A program made the position numbers and the translations under genes. A model generated the notes under the pieces. It worked only from the letters and a program-made list of their open reading frames with translations. It had not been told where the DNA came from and searched no databases. A stretch of 61,767 nucleotides of DNA, filler included, from Chthonomonadaceae bacterium (GTDB lineage: Bacteria > Armatimonadota > Chthonomonadetes > Chthonomonadales > Chthonomonadaceae), in the NCBI GenBank assembly GCA_035650735.1. It is 5 parts of 5 records of this genome, joined end to end, with 100 filler letters (N's around TTAATTAATTAA, not from the genome) between each part and the next. Parts side by side here need not be neighbours in the genome. Positions count along the whole stretch, not along the records: positions 1 to 20,216 come from DASRGZ010000083.1; positions 20,317 to 42,062 come from DASRGZ010000088.1; 3 more parts are not named here. One strand, given 5' to 3'. Positions 19,415 to 28,129 of this stretch are shown here, in pieces. Within the stretch, counting starts at the first letter, position 1. Each line of letters opens with the position of its first letter.

Positions 19415-20062
19415 ATGCGCAAAAATTCTTCGGAAACTCCAAAATCGGAAACCGAGGCGACCTCCCGATGCGCCCGTCCCTATAACCTGGGGCGTCGCAA
19501 GCTCGCACAGGATGAAACGCGCAAGCGGATCCTGGAAGCCAGCGCCGCGCTGTTAATGGATCGAGGCGGACTTGCTTTTACCATCGAGGCAGTGGCGCAG
19601 GCGGCCTCGGTAACGCGGCAAACCATCCACAACCAGTTCGGGACACGAACGGACTTGCTTGAGGCCGTTTGTGAGGGCTACATCAATACGGAGGCCTTTG
19701 TGAGGATGCCTGAGGTCTTCCAGCAACGCGATCCCCTCAGCGCCAGCGACCTCCTGGCGGATATCTTCTGCCGCTTCTGGGGGACCAACCGGCTGTTCCT
19801 GCGGCGTATACGAGGGCTAGCTTATGCGGAGCCTGAATTAGAGGGCGTCATTCGCGCTCATGACAAGCGGCGACTCCTCGCGCTGCGAGGCTTTGTCGCG
19901 CGCTACGGACTGGATTTAGAGGGGAGAGCCGGGCGGTTAGTTGGGGTGATGTTCGCGCTGACAAGCTTTGAATTCTTTGACGCGCTTGTGGAGAACGCTT
20001 CCCAGGAGATAGCGGCTTCGGAACTGAAACAGCTTCTCAGGCTGTGCATTCAAAACCAGTAA
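19415..20062 (+). CDS. TetR/AcrR family regulator
   Basis: TRKRILEAS..FTIEAVAQAASVTRQTIHNQFGTRTDLL; divergent from the two membrane genes. Confidence 0.9.
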   Translation: MRKNSSETPKSETEATSRCARPYNLGRRKLAQDETRKRILEASAALLMDRGGLAFTIEAVAQAASVTRQTIHNQFGTRTDLLEAVCEGYINTEAFVRMPEVFQQRDPLSASDLLADIFCRFWGTNRLFLRRIRGLAYAEPELEGVIRAHDKRRLLALRGFVARYGLDLEGRAGRLVGVMFALTSFEFFDALVENASQEIAASELKQLLRLCIQNQ

Positions 20063-20216
20063 CTTATCCCCATCCCTAGAGCGTGTGATGCACTTGGGTC
20101 CTCTTGAGGAGATAGGCCAGCCGCTCATTAGAGGCTTGGTGCTCGCTAGAAAGCGAGCACCAAGCGGTCATCAGCCTCCAAGTCCTCTCTCGAAGCAGGC
20201 AAAAAAGGGCATAACA

Positions 20217-20316
20217 NNNNNNNNNNNNNNNNNNNNNNNNNNNNNNNNNNNNNNNNNNNNTTAATTAATTAANNNNNNNNNNNNNNNNNNNNNNNNNNNN
20301 NNNNNNNNNNNNNNNN
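20217..20316. other. Artificial contig linker
   Basis: N-run, TTAATTAATTAA, N-run. Confidence 0.98.
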
Positions 20317-20466
20317 ATCGAGGATGCGGGCGGCCACACTATCGTTCTCGCGCACCAGGCCCAGCAGCAGGTGTTCGGTGGAAACATAGTTCTCGCCGAG
20401 ACGTCCGGCCTCTTCCTGAGCGAAGAACACAACGCGCCTTGCCCGCTCGGTAAATCGCTGCCACAT
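20317..20466 (-). CDS. clpC: ClpC-type ATPase, N-terminal fragment cut by contig end
   Basis: MWQRFTERARRVVFFAQEEA..VSTEHLLLGL. Confidence 0.75.
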
Positions 20467-20623
20467 GATTTCATCCCTCACTTTCCCCGGGTTCGGGCTT
20501 ACGGGGCAGCGGATCGCCGGACTCGCTTGCCGTCAATCGGGCGGCGGGGCCGGAGCGCGCTGCGCCGGGCAAAGAGGAACCTCAGAGATCTGCCTATTCG
20601 CCGCGACGCAGCCGGACTCCTGC

Positions 20624-21148
20624 CTAGACGCGCAAGAGGATGCGCCAGAGTGGCTTGCGCAGCGGCGCCTCCGCAGAGGCCTTGGGACGCTGCGATGCTG
20701 CTGCCGGGGGAACCGAGGAGACATCCCTTTCGCCCCGAATGGCGGCGCGCACGGCCTCTGCCGTGATGCCCGCTCCCCGCAGAACGCTGCCTGCAATGCC
20801 TTCTTCTTCGAGCACAAGGCCCAGCAGGACGTGGGTGGTATCCAGTTGTCGGTGGCCCAGCGCCTCCCGCTGTTTTTCCGCCAGCTTCAGTACCGCCTGG
20901 GAGCGCGAGGTTAATTTCAGGCCCGACTCCATGGCATGATTGCCGCGTCGGCAGCGGCTTTCACAAGTCTTATAGAGAGCGCCACAATCGTAGCCCAGAG
21001 ATCTCAGGAGGCGCGTGGCGGAATTGCGATGGCGTAATAGCCCCAACAACAAATATTCGGTGTGGACGAAGCGGTGGTGGTGTCGTCCTGCGGCCGCTTG
21101 CGCGCTGGCGAGCAGGCGATCCACGCCCTCAGTTTGACCGGGTCGCAT
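20624..21148 (-). CDS. Stand-alone Clp N-terminal domain protein
   Basis: Two Clp_N repeats (VHTEYLLLGLL; LDTTHVLLGLV..GIAGSVL) with no ATPase domain. Confidence 0.8.
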   Translation of the reverse strand: MRPGQTEGVDRLLASAQAAAGRHHHRFVHTEYLLLGLLRHRNSATRLLRSLGYDCGALYKTCESRCRRGNHAMESGLKLTSRSQAVLKLAEKQREALGHRQLDTTHVLLGLVLEEEGIAGSVLRGAGITAEAVRAAIRGERDVSSVPPAAASQRPKASAEAPLRKPLWRILLRV

Positions 21149-21193
21149 AGATAGGAATCCACTTTTAAGGAAAATTGCCTCCTGCGTTCGACC

Positions 21194-22438
21194 TTAGTGG
21201 GCGCGCAGCGCAGCCTCTAATTCCTGCACGACCCGATCACAGTCCGCCTGAGTGACGACCAGCGGCGGGACAAAGCGCAGGATGGTGTCGCCGATGGCAT
21301 TGGCGACGATGCCGGCCTCCAGCAAGTGGCGCAGGATAGCTTTCGCCGTAGGTGTCGCAAGTTCCATGCCAACCATAAGCCCGACGCCGCGTACTTCGCT
21401 CACCCTGTCAGAGAATTGACGCTGGAGCTCGCTCAGGCGGCTGAGGAAGTAGGTGCCGACTTGGGCGGCGCGCTCCATCAAGCGCTCACTCTCAAGCACG
21501 TCCAGCGTCGCAAGCGCGGCGGCGCAGGCGAGCGGCTGACCTGCAAACGTCGAGCCGTGATCGCCGGGGGCGAGCGTGGCAGCCGCTTCGCCGCGCGCCA
21601 GGCAGACGCCCATCGGGAAGCCGTTGGCGATGCCCTTGGCCATCGTTACGATGTCGCCGGTGACGCCCGCGCCCTGGCTGGCAAGGAAGTGGCCGGTGCG
21701 TCCCATACCCGACTGCACCTCATCCAGGATCAGCAGCACCTCCGCCTCGTCGCAGAGGGCGCGCACGCCCGCCAGAAACTCCGGCGTGGCGATCCGGATG
21801 CCGCTCTCGCCCTGAATCGGCTCGATCAGCACGGCGCAGGTGCGCTCGGTAATCAGGTCGTCGAGCGCGTGCAGATTGTTCAGCGGCGCATAGCGAAAGC
21901 CCGGCACGAGCGGCGTAAAGGGAAGCTGATATTTGGGCTGCGCCGTCGCCGTGACGGTTGCCAGCGTGCGCCCGTGGAACGAGCCTTCGAAAGTGACGAT
22001 CTCGTGGCAGGGCTCACCACGCTTGCGCTTGCCCCACTTCCGCGCGATCTTGATGGCGCACTCGTTGGCCTCCGCGCCTGAATTACAGAAGAACACCTTC
22101 TCCATGCCGGTCAGCCCGCAGAGCCGTTGGGCGAGGGGAGCCTGGAGCGCATTGTGGAACAGGTTGCTGATGTGCGTCAGCGTCTGCACCTGCCTGGCGA
22201 TGGCTCCGGCGACGTGCGGATGGCTGTGCCCGACGGAGACGACAGCGATCCCGCCCAGGAAGTCGAGGTACTCGCGCCCAGCGCTGTCCCACAGTTTCGC
22301 GCCTTCACCGCGCACGAACACGATCGGCTGACGCGCGTAGGTTCCCATGACATACTCGCGATCCAGCGCCATGATCTGCTCGGCGTTTACGTTTGTGGGG
22401 GCATCCATATTCTGCGGATGCACTAGCTCTACTGTCAC
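21194..22438 (-). CDS. argD: Acetylornithine aminotransferase
   Basis: FFCNSGAEANE, SFHGRT, DEVQSGMGRTG, AKGIANG, HGSTFAG; in arg operon. Confidence 0.93.
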   Translation of the reverse strand: MTVELVHPQNMDAPTNVNAEQIMALDREYVMGTYARQPIVFVRGEGAKLWDSAGREYLDFLGGIAVVSVGHSHPHVAGAIARQVQTLTHISNLFHNALQAPLAQRLCGLTGMEKVFFCNSGAEANECAIKIARKWGKRKRGEPCHEIVTFEGSFHGRTLATVTATAQPKYQLPFTPLVPGFRYAPLNNLHALDDLITERTCAVLIEPIQGESGIRIATPEFLAGVRALCDEAEVLLILDEVQSGMGRTGHFLASQGAGVTGDIVTMAKGIANGFPMGVCLARGEAAATLAPGDHGSTFAGQPLACAAALATLDVLESERLMERAAQVGTYFLSRLSELQRQFSDRVSEVRGVGLMVGMELATPTAKAILRHLLEAGIVANAIGDTILRFVPPLVVTQADCDRVVQELEAALRAH

Positions 22439-22553
22439 GGTCTTCTCTCCTTCCTCGTTTTCGGGTAGTGTACCCATAGAGAGTTGATACTTCGTCGCCG
22501 ATGACCTTATCAACTCTGTAGAGGGACACTACCCGTTTTCGGGTGACTCGGTA

Positions 22554-23420
22554 TCAACTTCGTAGCATGGTGCCGATGCCGGTATCGGTGAAAATCTCGA
22601 TGAGCAGGGCATGGGGGAGGCGGCCGTCAATCAGGTGCGCGCGCTCGACACCGCCCTCAACGGCGGTAATGCACGCCTCCAGCTTCGGGATCATGCCGCG
22701 CTCGGCGGCGCCGCTGGCAAGCATCTGCTCGGCGCGGGCCACATCCATTTCATGGATGAGCGAGGACTTGTCGCTGTAGTCGGCATACAGCCCCTCCACG
22801 TCCGTCAGGATCACCAACTTCACCGCGCCGACCGCTGCCGCGATGTGCCCGGCAACGTGGTCGGCGTTGACGTTGTAGCTTTCGCCGTCCGGCCCGATAG
22901 CCACCGAGGAGATCACCGGAATATAGCCCTGTTCACCCAATAAGTTTAAGATTTCGGCGTTAACCTGCGCGACTTCGCCGACGTAGCCCAGATCGCCTTG
23001 CGGCGACTCCATCTTGTAGGCCATGATCAGGTTGGCGTCCTTGCCGCTCAAGCCCACCGCTTTCGCGCCTTGCTTGTTCAAGAGCGAGACGATGCCCTTG
23101 TTGGTCTTGCCGGCCAGCACCATCTCGACGATCTCCATCGTGGCCGCGTCGGTGACGCGCAAGCCGCCCACAAAGGTCGGCTCGTGGCCCATCTGCTTCA
23201 TCAGCGCGCTGATCTCCGGCCCGCCGCCGTGCACCAGGATCGGGCGGATACCGACGTAATGGAGCAGGGCGATGTCCTGCATGACCTGTGATTTCAGGGT
23301 TTCATCAATCATGGCGTTGCCGCCGTACTTGACGACGATGGTTTTGCCGTAGAAGCGGCGCAGGTAGGGCAGGGCTTCAATCAGGACGGCGGCGCGCGCC
23401 GCCGGGTCTAAGGTCGTCAC
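22554..23420 (-). CDS. argB: Acetylglutamate kinase
   Basis: VVKYGGNAM, VHGGGPEI, NVNAD, GMIPK. Confidence 0.96.
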   Translation of the reverse strand: MTTLDPAARAAVLIEALPYLRRFYGKTIVVKYGGNAMIDETLKSQVMQDIALLHYVGIRPILVHGGGPEISALMKQMGHEPTFVGGLRVTDAATMEIVEMVLAGKTNKGIVSLLNKQGAKAVGLSGKDANLIMAYKMESPQGDLGYVGEVAQVNAEILNLLGEQGYIPVISSVAIGPDGESYNVNADHVAGHIAAAVGAVKLVILTDVEGLYADYSDKSSLIHEMDVARAEQMLASGAAERGMIPKLEACITAVEGGVERAHLIDGRLPHALLIEIFTDTGIGTMLRS

Positions 23421-24640
23421 GTATGATACTCCGCGTTGATTTTAATATAATCGTAACTGTAGTCGCACGTCCAGACGGTGGCCGACTCCTCGCCGGTGTT
23501 CAGGTCCAGGATGATCTGTACTTCCCGGTTGGTCAGGTAATCGTGGGCGGCCTGTCGGTCGAACTCCACGCTGCGGCCCTCAGAACAGACTATGAAATCG
23601 CCAATGCGGGCCTCCACGCGGTTAGGGTCGAAGGGCACGCCCGCGCGCCCGGCGGCCATCAGCAGGCGGCCCCAATTCGGGTCGTTGCCGAAGAGGGCCG
23701 TCTTGACCAGGGGCGACTCGGCGATGGTCTTGGCGATGCGGTGCGCTCCGGCCTCCGTCGCCGCGCCCTGCACGACGATCTCGACCAGCTTGGTCGCGCC
23801 CTCGCCGTCGCGGGCGATCTCTTTTGCCAGTGAAACAGACAGCCGCGTCAGCGCCGCCACGAAATCTTCGAACGCTGCGCCCTGCCGGGAGATCTCGCCC
23901 TGGCCCATGCCTGAGGCGAGCAGAAGGCACATATCGTTGGTGCTGGTATCGCCATCCACCGTCACGCTGTTGAAGGAGGGGGCGACCGCGCGCGCCAGCG
24001 CCTCCTGGAGCAGCTCGGCGGGCAGGCGCGCGTCGGTGGTCAGGAAGGCCAGCATGGTCGCCATGTTCGGCGCGATCATGCCGGAGCCTTTGCACATCCC
24101 GCCGAACCGGATCGGCGCTACCCACTGGTCGGAGTCAGCTTCGACGGCGCGCAATTTCGGGTAGGTATCGGTCGTCATGATAGCTCGTGCCGCCGTCAGG
24201 TCGGTATCGCCATCGCGGTCGAGCGCGCCGACCGCCGCCTCTATCCCGGCCCGCAATTTCTCCATCGGCAGGAGGTGGCCGATAATGCCGGTGGAGGCGG
24301 TCAGCACGGCATCGGGAGGAACGCTCAGGTGGCGGCTGACCCACTCGGCCAGCGTGCGGTTGTCGGCATCGCCCTGCTCGCCGTTGCAGGCGTTGGCGTT
24401 GCCGGCATTGATGAGGACAGCCCGCGCCGTGCCACCCCGCACGATACGCCGTGAATACTGCACGCACGCCGCCTGGACCCGGTTCGTGGTGAAGACGCCC
24501 GCGACCGTCGCCTCGCTATCGCTGACCAGCAGGCACAGGTCTTCGCCCTCCGTCTTGAGGCCGGCGCGCACGCCGGAGGCGACAAAGCCCTCCGGGAACG
24601 TGACGCCCGCGCCTTCCTGCTCCTTCCAGACCGTGATCAT
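23417..24640 (-). CDS. argJ: Ornithine acetyltransferase / N-acetylglutamate synthase
   Basis: KGSGMIAPNMATML, VDGDTSTND, DGEGATK, YIKINAEYHT. Confidence 0.96.
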   Translation of the reverse strand: MITVWKEQEGAGVTFPEGFVASGVRAGLKTEGEDLCLLVSDSEATVAGVFTTNRVQAACVQYSRRIVRGGTARAVLINAGNANACNGEQGDADNRTLAEWVSRHLSVPPDAVLTASTGIIGHLLPMEKLRAGIEAAVGALDRDGDTDLTAARAIMTTDTYPKLRAVEADSDQWVAPIRFGGMCKGSGMIAPNMATMLAFLTTDARLPAELLQEALARAVAPSFNSVTVDGDTSTNDMCLLLASGMGQGEISRQGAAFEDFVAALTRLSVSLAKEIARDGEGATKLVEIVVQGAATEAGAHRIAKTIAESPLVKTALFGNDPNWGRLLMAAGRAGVPFDPNRVEARIGDFIVCSEGRSVEFDRQAAHDYLTNREVQIILDLNTGEESATVWTCDYSYDYIKINAEYHT

Positions 24641-24653
24641 GCGTTTCTCCTTG

Positions 24654-26555
24654 CTAAACCCGCGTGACGCGAGGCGGACTGCTAATCGGCTCTACCTCTT
24701 CCTGCGGTCCCATGGGCAGCCTCTCCTCTTCTCGATACGGTTCCTCGCCTTCGACCTGGAACTGCGCGGCATACAGGCGGGCATAGACGCCCTCTAGAGC
24801 CAGAAGCTCTTCATGGGTGCCGCGCTCCACGATCCGGCCTCGCTCCAGCACAAGGATCTGGTCGGCGGCCAGGATCGTCGAGAGGCGGTGCGCGATGGCG
24901 AACGTGGTTCGGCCCGCCATCAGAGGAGTCAGTGCCGCCTGGATCAGCCGCTCGGATTGGGTATCGAGGGCGGAGGTCGCCTCATCGAGGATCAGAATGC
25001 GCGGGTTCTTCAGAATAGCGCGGGCGATAGCAATGCGCTGCTTCTCGCCGCCCGACAGCTTGTAGCCGCGCTCGCCAACGACGGTGTCATAGCCGTCGGG
25101 GAGAGAGGCAATATGGTCGTGGATGGCGGCGGCTTTGGCGGCGGCGATCAACTCGTCGTCGGTCGCATCGGGACGCCCATAGCGCAAATTGGCCCGGATC
25201 GTGTCGTGGACTAAGTACGTCTCCTGGGTCACTATCCCGATGATCCGCCCCAGCGACTCCAGCGTGACCGCGCGCACGTCGTGCCCGTCAATGGTCACGC
25301 GGCCCGCGTCCACATCGTAGAGGCGCGGAATCAGGTAGGTCAACGTCGTCTTGCCCGCACCGGAGGCGCCGACGAGGGCGACCAGATCGCCGGGCCGGGC
25401 CGTAAACGTGATGTCATCCAGGGTCGGCGTCTCCTGATCCGGCTGGTAGCGGAAGGAGACGTGCTCGAAGGCGACCTCGCCGCGCACCGTGTGCGGGTCG
25501 AGCGGCACGGCATCCGGCGCGTCCACGATCTCCTGCTTCATATCCAGGTACTCGAAGATGCGGTCGAAGAGGGCCAGCGCGCTGGTCACCTCCACCTGGA
25601 CGTTCAGGAGGTTGGTGAGCGGGAAGAAGAGACGCCCTTGCAGGGAAGTGAAGGCGACGATTGTGCCCAGGGTCAGGTGCCGGTCGCCGCGCGCCACAAT
25701 CAGGTAGCCGGCGAGCCAATAGACGAGAATCGGGGTGACCGAGAACGTCAGGCCGATCAGGTTGAAGAAGTAGCGCATGATCATGGACTGCTTGATCTGG
25801 GAGTCGGTCAGCGCCTGGTTCTCGGTCGTGAACTTCTCCAGGGCGAGCGCCCGCCGCCCGCTGACCTTGGTCAGCAGCACGCCGGAGACGGAAAGGGTCT
25901 CCTGCATGGTCGCGTTCAGGTCGGCAAGCTGGGCCTGAACCCGGCTGCGCACGCCGCGCGCGTAGCTGCCGATCCGGCCCGCCAGCAGCGCGAAGAGCGG
26001 CAGAACACCAACGCTAAGCACCGTCAGGCGCCAGTCCATGTAGAGCATGGCGATCAGGGTGGAGAGAACGGTCGTAACGTTGGAGAGCACGTTGGCCGCC
26101 GTGTCGCTGACGACCGACTGGACGCCGCCGACGTCGCTGATCAGCCGCGACTGGATCTCGCCGGTGCGCGTGCCGGTGAAGAACCGCAGTGACATGCCCT
26201 GCAAATGGTCGTAGAGTTGGTTGCGCAGGTCGCGCATGATGTCCTGGCCGACCACGACCGACAGATAACCGTAGCCGAGCGCGGCGGCGGTGCCGCCGAT
26301 CGTGGCCGCGAGCGTGTAGATCGTATACCGCGTGACTACGCCCAGGTCGTGCCCGAGCAGCCCCTGATTGACGATGGTGCGCAGGTAAAACGGCGACAGC
26401 AGCCCCAGCGCAGAGGAGACGAGCACGGCCAGTACGGTCCAGACAAGCTGGGCCTTATAGGGAACGAAGGCGCGGACGACCCGTTTTGCCGTTCCTGGAT
26501 GGAGCGGCTTTCGTTGGCCGTCGGACCGTGGACCACCCATCATGCGTACGCTCAC
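24654..26555 (-). CDS. ABC exporter, fused permease + ATPase (MsbA/Sav1866-like)
   Basis: TM domain; GASGAGKT, LSGGEKQR, ILDEATSALD. Confidence 0.93.
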   Translation of the reverse strand: MSVRMMGGPRSDGQRKPLHPGTAKRVVRAFVPYKAQLVWTVLAVLVSSALGLLSPFYLRTIVNQGLLGHDLGVVTRYTIYTLAATIGGTAAALGYGYLSVVVGQDIMRDLRNQLYDHLQGMSLRFFTGTRTGEIQSRLISDVGGVQSVVSDTAANVLSNVTTVLSTLIAMLYMDWRLTVLSVGVLPLFALLAGRIGSYARGVRSRVQAQLADLNATMQETLSVSGVLLTKVSGRRALALEKFTTENQALTDSQIKQSMIMRYFFNLIGLTFSVTPILVYWLAGYLIVARGDRHLTLGTIVAFTSLQGRLFFPLTNLLNVQVEVTSALALFDRIFEYLDMKQEIVDAPDAVPLDPHTVRGEVAFEHVSFRYQPDQETPTLDDITFTARPGDLVALVGASGAGKTTLTYLIPRLYDVDAGRVTIDGHDVRAVTLESLGRIIGIVTQETYLVHDTIRANLRYGRPDATDDELIAAAKAAAIHDHIASLPDGYDTVVGERGYKLSGGEKQRIAIARAILKNPRILILDEATSALDTQSERLIQAALTPLMAGRTTFAIAHRLSTILAADQILVLERGRIVERGTHEELLALEGVYARLYAAQFQVEGEEPYREEERLPMGPQEEVEPISSPPRVTRV

Positions 26556-26652
26556 CGATTTGGCCTCCGTAGGGCGCGCCCATCCTCATCGCAAATCAGA
26601 GGATGCGCCGTGCGGTTCTCATTCTCACAGCGCCATTGGTTATCCACAGTTC

Positions 26653-27696
26653 TCACGGCCACAGCCCTCCGAAGTCCAGGCCGGCGGTCTCCTCCAGACC
26701 GCACATCAGGTTCATATTCTGGATGGCCTGGCCCGCCGCGCCCTTGACGAGGTTATCTATCGCGGAGAGAACGGTGACCCGGTTGGTACGCTCGTCTACG
26801 GCCAGGCCGATATGGCACATGTTGCTGCCGAGCGTGTGCTTTGTCGCCGGCAGGTGGTCGGCAACGACGGCAACGAAGGGCGCATTGGCATAAAATTCTG
26901 TGTAAAACCTTAACAAATCGTTCGTCTTCACCGGCTCGATCAAGCCGGCGTAGCACGTCGCCAGGATGCCCCGCGTCATGGGAATAAGATGTGGCGTGAA
27001 GGAGATCCGCACCTCCCGCCCGCTCTGCTGCGAGAGGACCTGCTCGATCTCAGGCGTGTGGCGGTGCGTTCCGGCGACCTTATAGGCGCTGACGCTCTCG
27101 TTGGCCTCCGGGTAGTGGTAATCCAGGCCGAACTTCGCCCGTCCCGCGCCGGAGACGCCCGATTTGGCGTCCACGATAATCGTCGCCGGGTCAATCAGGC
27201 GCTTGGCGAGCAGTGGGGCGAGCGCCAGGATCGTCGCCGTCGGATAGCAGCCGGGATTGCCGACGAGCTGGGCGCCGCGTATCGCCTCCGCATAGAGCTC
27301 CGGCAGGCCGTAGACGGCTTTCGCGCTCCACTGCGGGGCCGCGTGCGCCGTCTTATACCACTGCTCGTAGGTGGCCGTATCCCGGAACCGGAAATCGGCG
27401 GAGAGGTCAATGATCTTGCAGCCGGCTTCCAGCAGGTGCGGCGCGGTCTCCATCGCCTTGCCGTTCTCCTGGGCCAGAAACACGACATCGCACTGAGCGA
27501 CCTCCGTGCCGTCGCCGTAGCCGGAAAAGCGCAGGTCGGACTGCTTTGCCAGGCCGGGAAACGCGGCGGAGAGGGGCTTGCCCGCGTAGGTTTCCGAAAC
27601 CGCCATTCGCAGCCTTACCTGCGGGTGGCGCAATAACAGGCGTACCAGCTCTCCGCCGCCATAGCCCGACGCTCCCACAACGCCCACTTCCACCAT
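26653..27696 (-). CDS. argC: N-acetyl-gamma-glutamyl-phosphate reductase
   Basis: GASGYGG, NPGCYPT, SGVSGAG, DNLVKGAAGQA. Confidence 0.96.
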   Translation of the reverse strand: MVEVGVVGASGYGGGELVRLLLRHPQVRLRMAVSETYAGKPLSAAFPGLAKQSDLRFSGYGDGTEVAQCDVVFLAQENGKAMETAPHLLEAGCKIIDLSADFRFRDTATYEQWYKTAHAAPQWSAKAVYGLPELYAEAIRGAQLVGNPGCYPTATILALAPLLAKRLIDPATIIVDAKSGVSGAGRAKFGLDYHYPEANESVSAYKVAGTHRHTPEIEQVLSQQSGREVRISFTPHLIPMTRGILATCYAGLIEPVKTNDLLRFYTEFYANAPFVAVVADHLPATKHTLGSNMCHIGLAVDERTNRVTVLSAIDNLVKGAAGQAIQNMNLMCGLEETAGLDFGGLWP

Positions 27697-27723
27697 AACC
27701 CAAACTCCTCTCCCAAAAGATTC

Positions 27724-27834
27724 CAACAGGATGAACAGGATTTCTCAGGATTTACAGCATAAGGGCCAGAGAGAGACACAAGCAGGGCTTGTACGAATGC
27801 TCAATTAGTTTTAGAAATCTTGTTCATCCTGTTG
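27724..27834. repeat. CAGGATGAACAGGAT inverted-repeat element in the argC leader
   Basis: Same terminal repeats as 11233-11441 with an unrelated interior. Confidence 0.75.
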
Positions 27835-27863
27835 AAGGTTTTTCTCTAGCGCAGCGGGTGGTT

Positions 27864-27899
27864 AAAATAAAAACAGCCGCGCGGAAGGAACCGGCGGCT
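27864..27899 (-). terminator. Attenuator terminator of the arg operon
   Basis: AGCCGCCGG-TTCCTT-CCGCGCGGCT followed by GTTTTTATTTT on the minus strand. Confidence 0.75.
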
Positions 27900-27997
27900 T
27901 ACGAGGGTTAAAAATGAAACAAGCCGCAAGCCCCCGCTTTCGGGTCAGCCCACGGCTCTCCAATCGGCAACAGACGTCCAGCGACGCGCGGCGTGGG

Positions 27998-28069
27998 CTA
28001 GCTCCCGAGACGCTCGCGGCGACGACGGCTCACAAAGGGATAGGCGGTTGTCGCGCTGTCTGCCGACAT
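27998..28069 (-). CDS. Arg-rich leader peptide MSADSATTAYPFVSRRRRERLGS
   Basis: TAAGGA SD; codons CGT CGT CGC CGC GAG CGT; lies between promoter and terminator upstream of argC. Confidence 0.75.
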   Translation of the reverse strand: MSADSATTAYPFVSRRRRERLGS

Positions 28070-28100
28070 AAAAACAGTATCCTTACGGAAAAGTAGAGCC

Positions 28101-28129
28101 AGTATACCTCGGAAGCGGCGGGCTGTCAA
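28101..28129 (-). promoter_or_regulatory. Sigma70 promoter of the arg operon
   Basis: TTGACA-17 bp-TATACT. Confidence 0.8.

Noticed and set aside
20076..20216. Perfect 14-bp hairpin (20134-20165) and IS-end-like CTAGAGCGTGT near the contig end
   Set aside because: No U-tract, no transposase and no partner end visible
20261..20272. TTAATTAATTAA occurring four times
   Set aside because: Artificial all-frame-stop linker, not biological
27900..28000. T-box riboswitch upstream of argC
   Set aside because: No GGTGGNACC T-box motif or specifier stem; the leader-peptide model fits better
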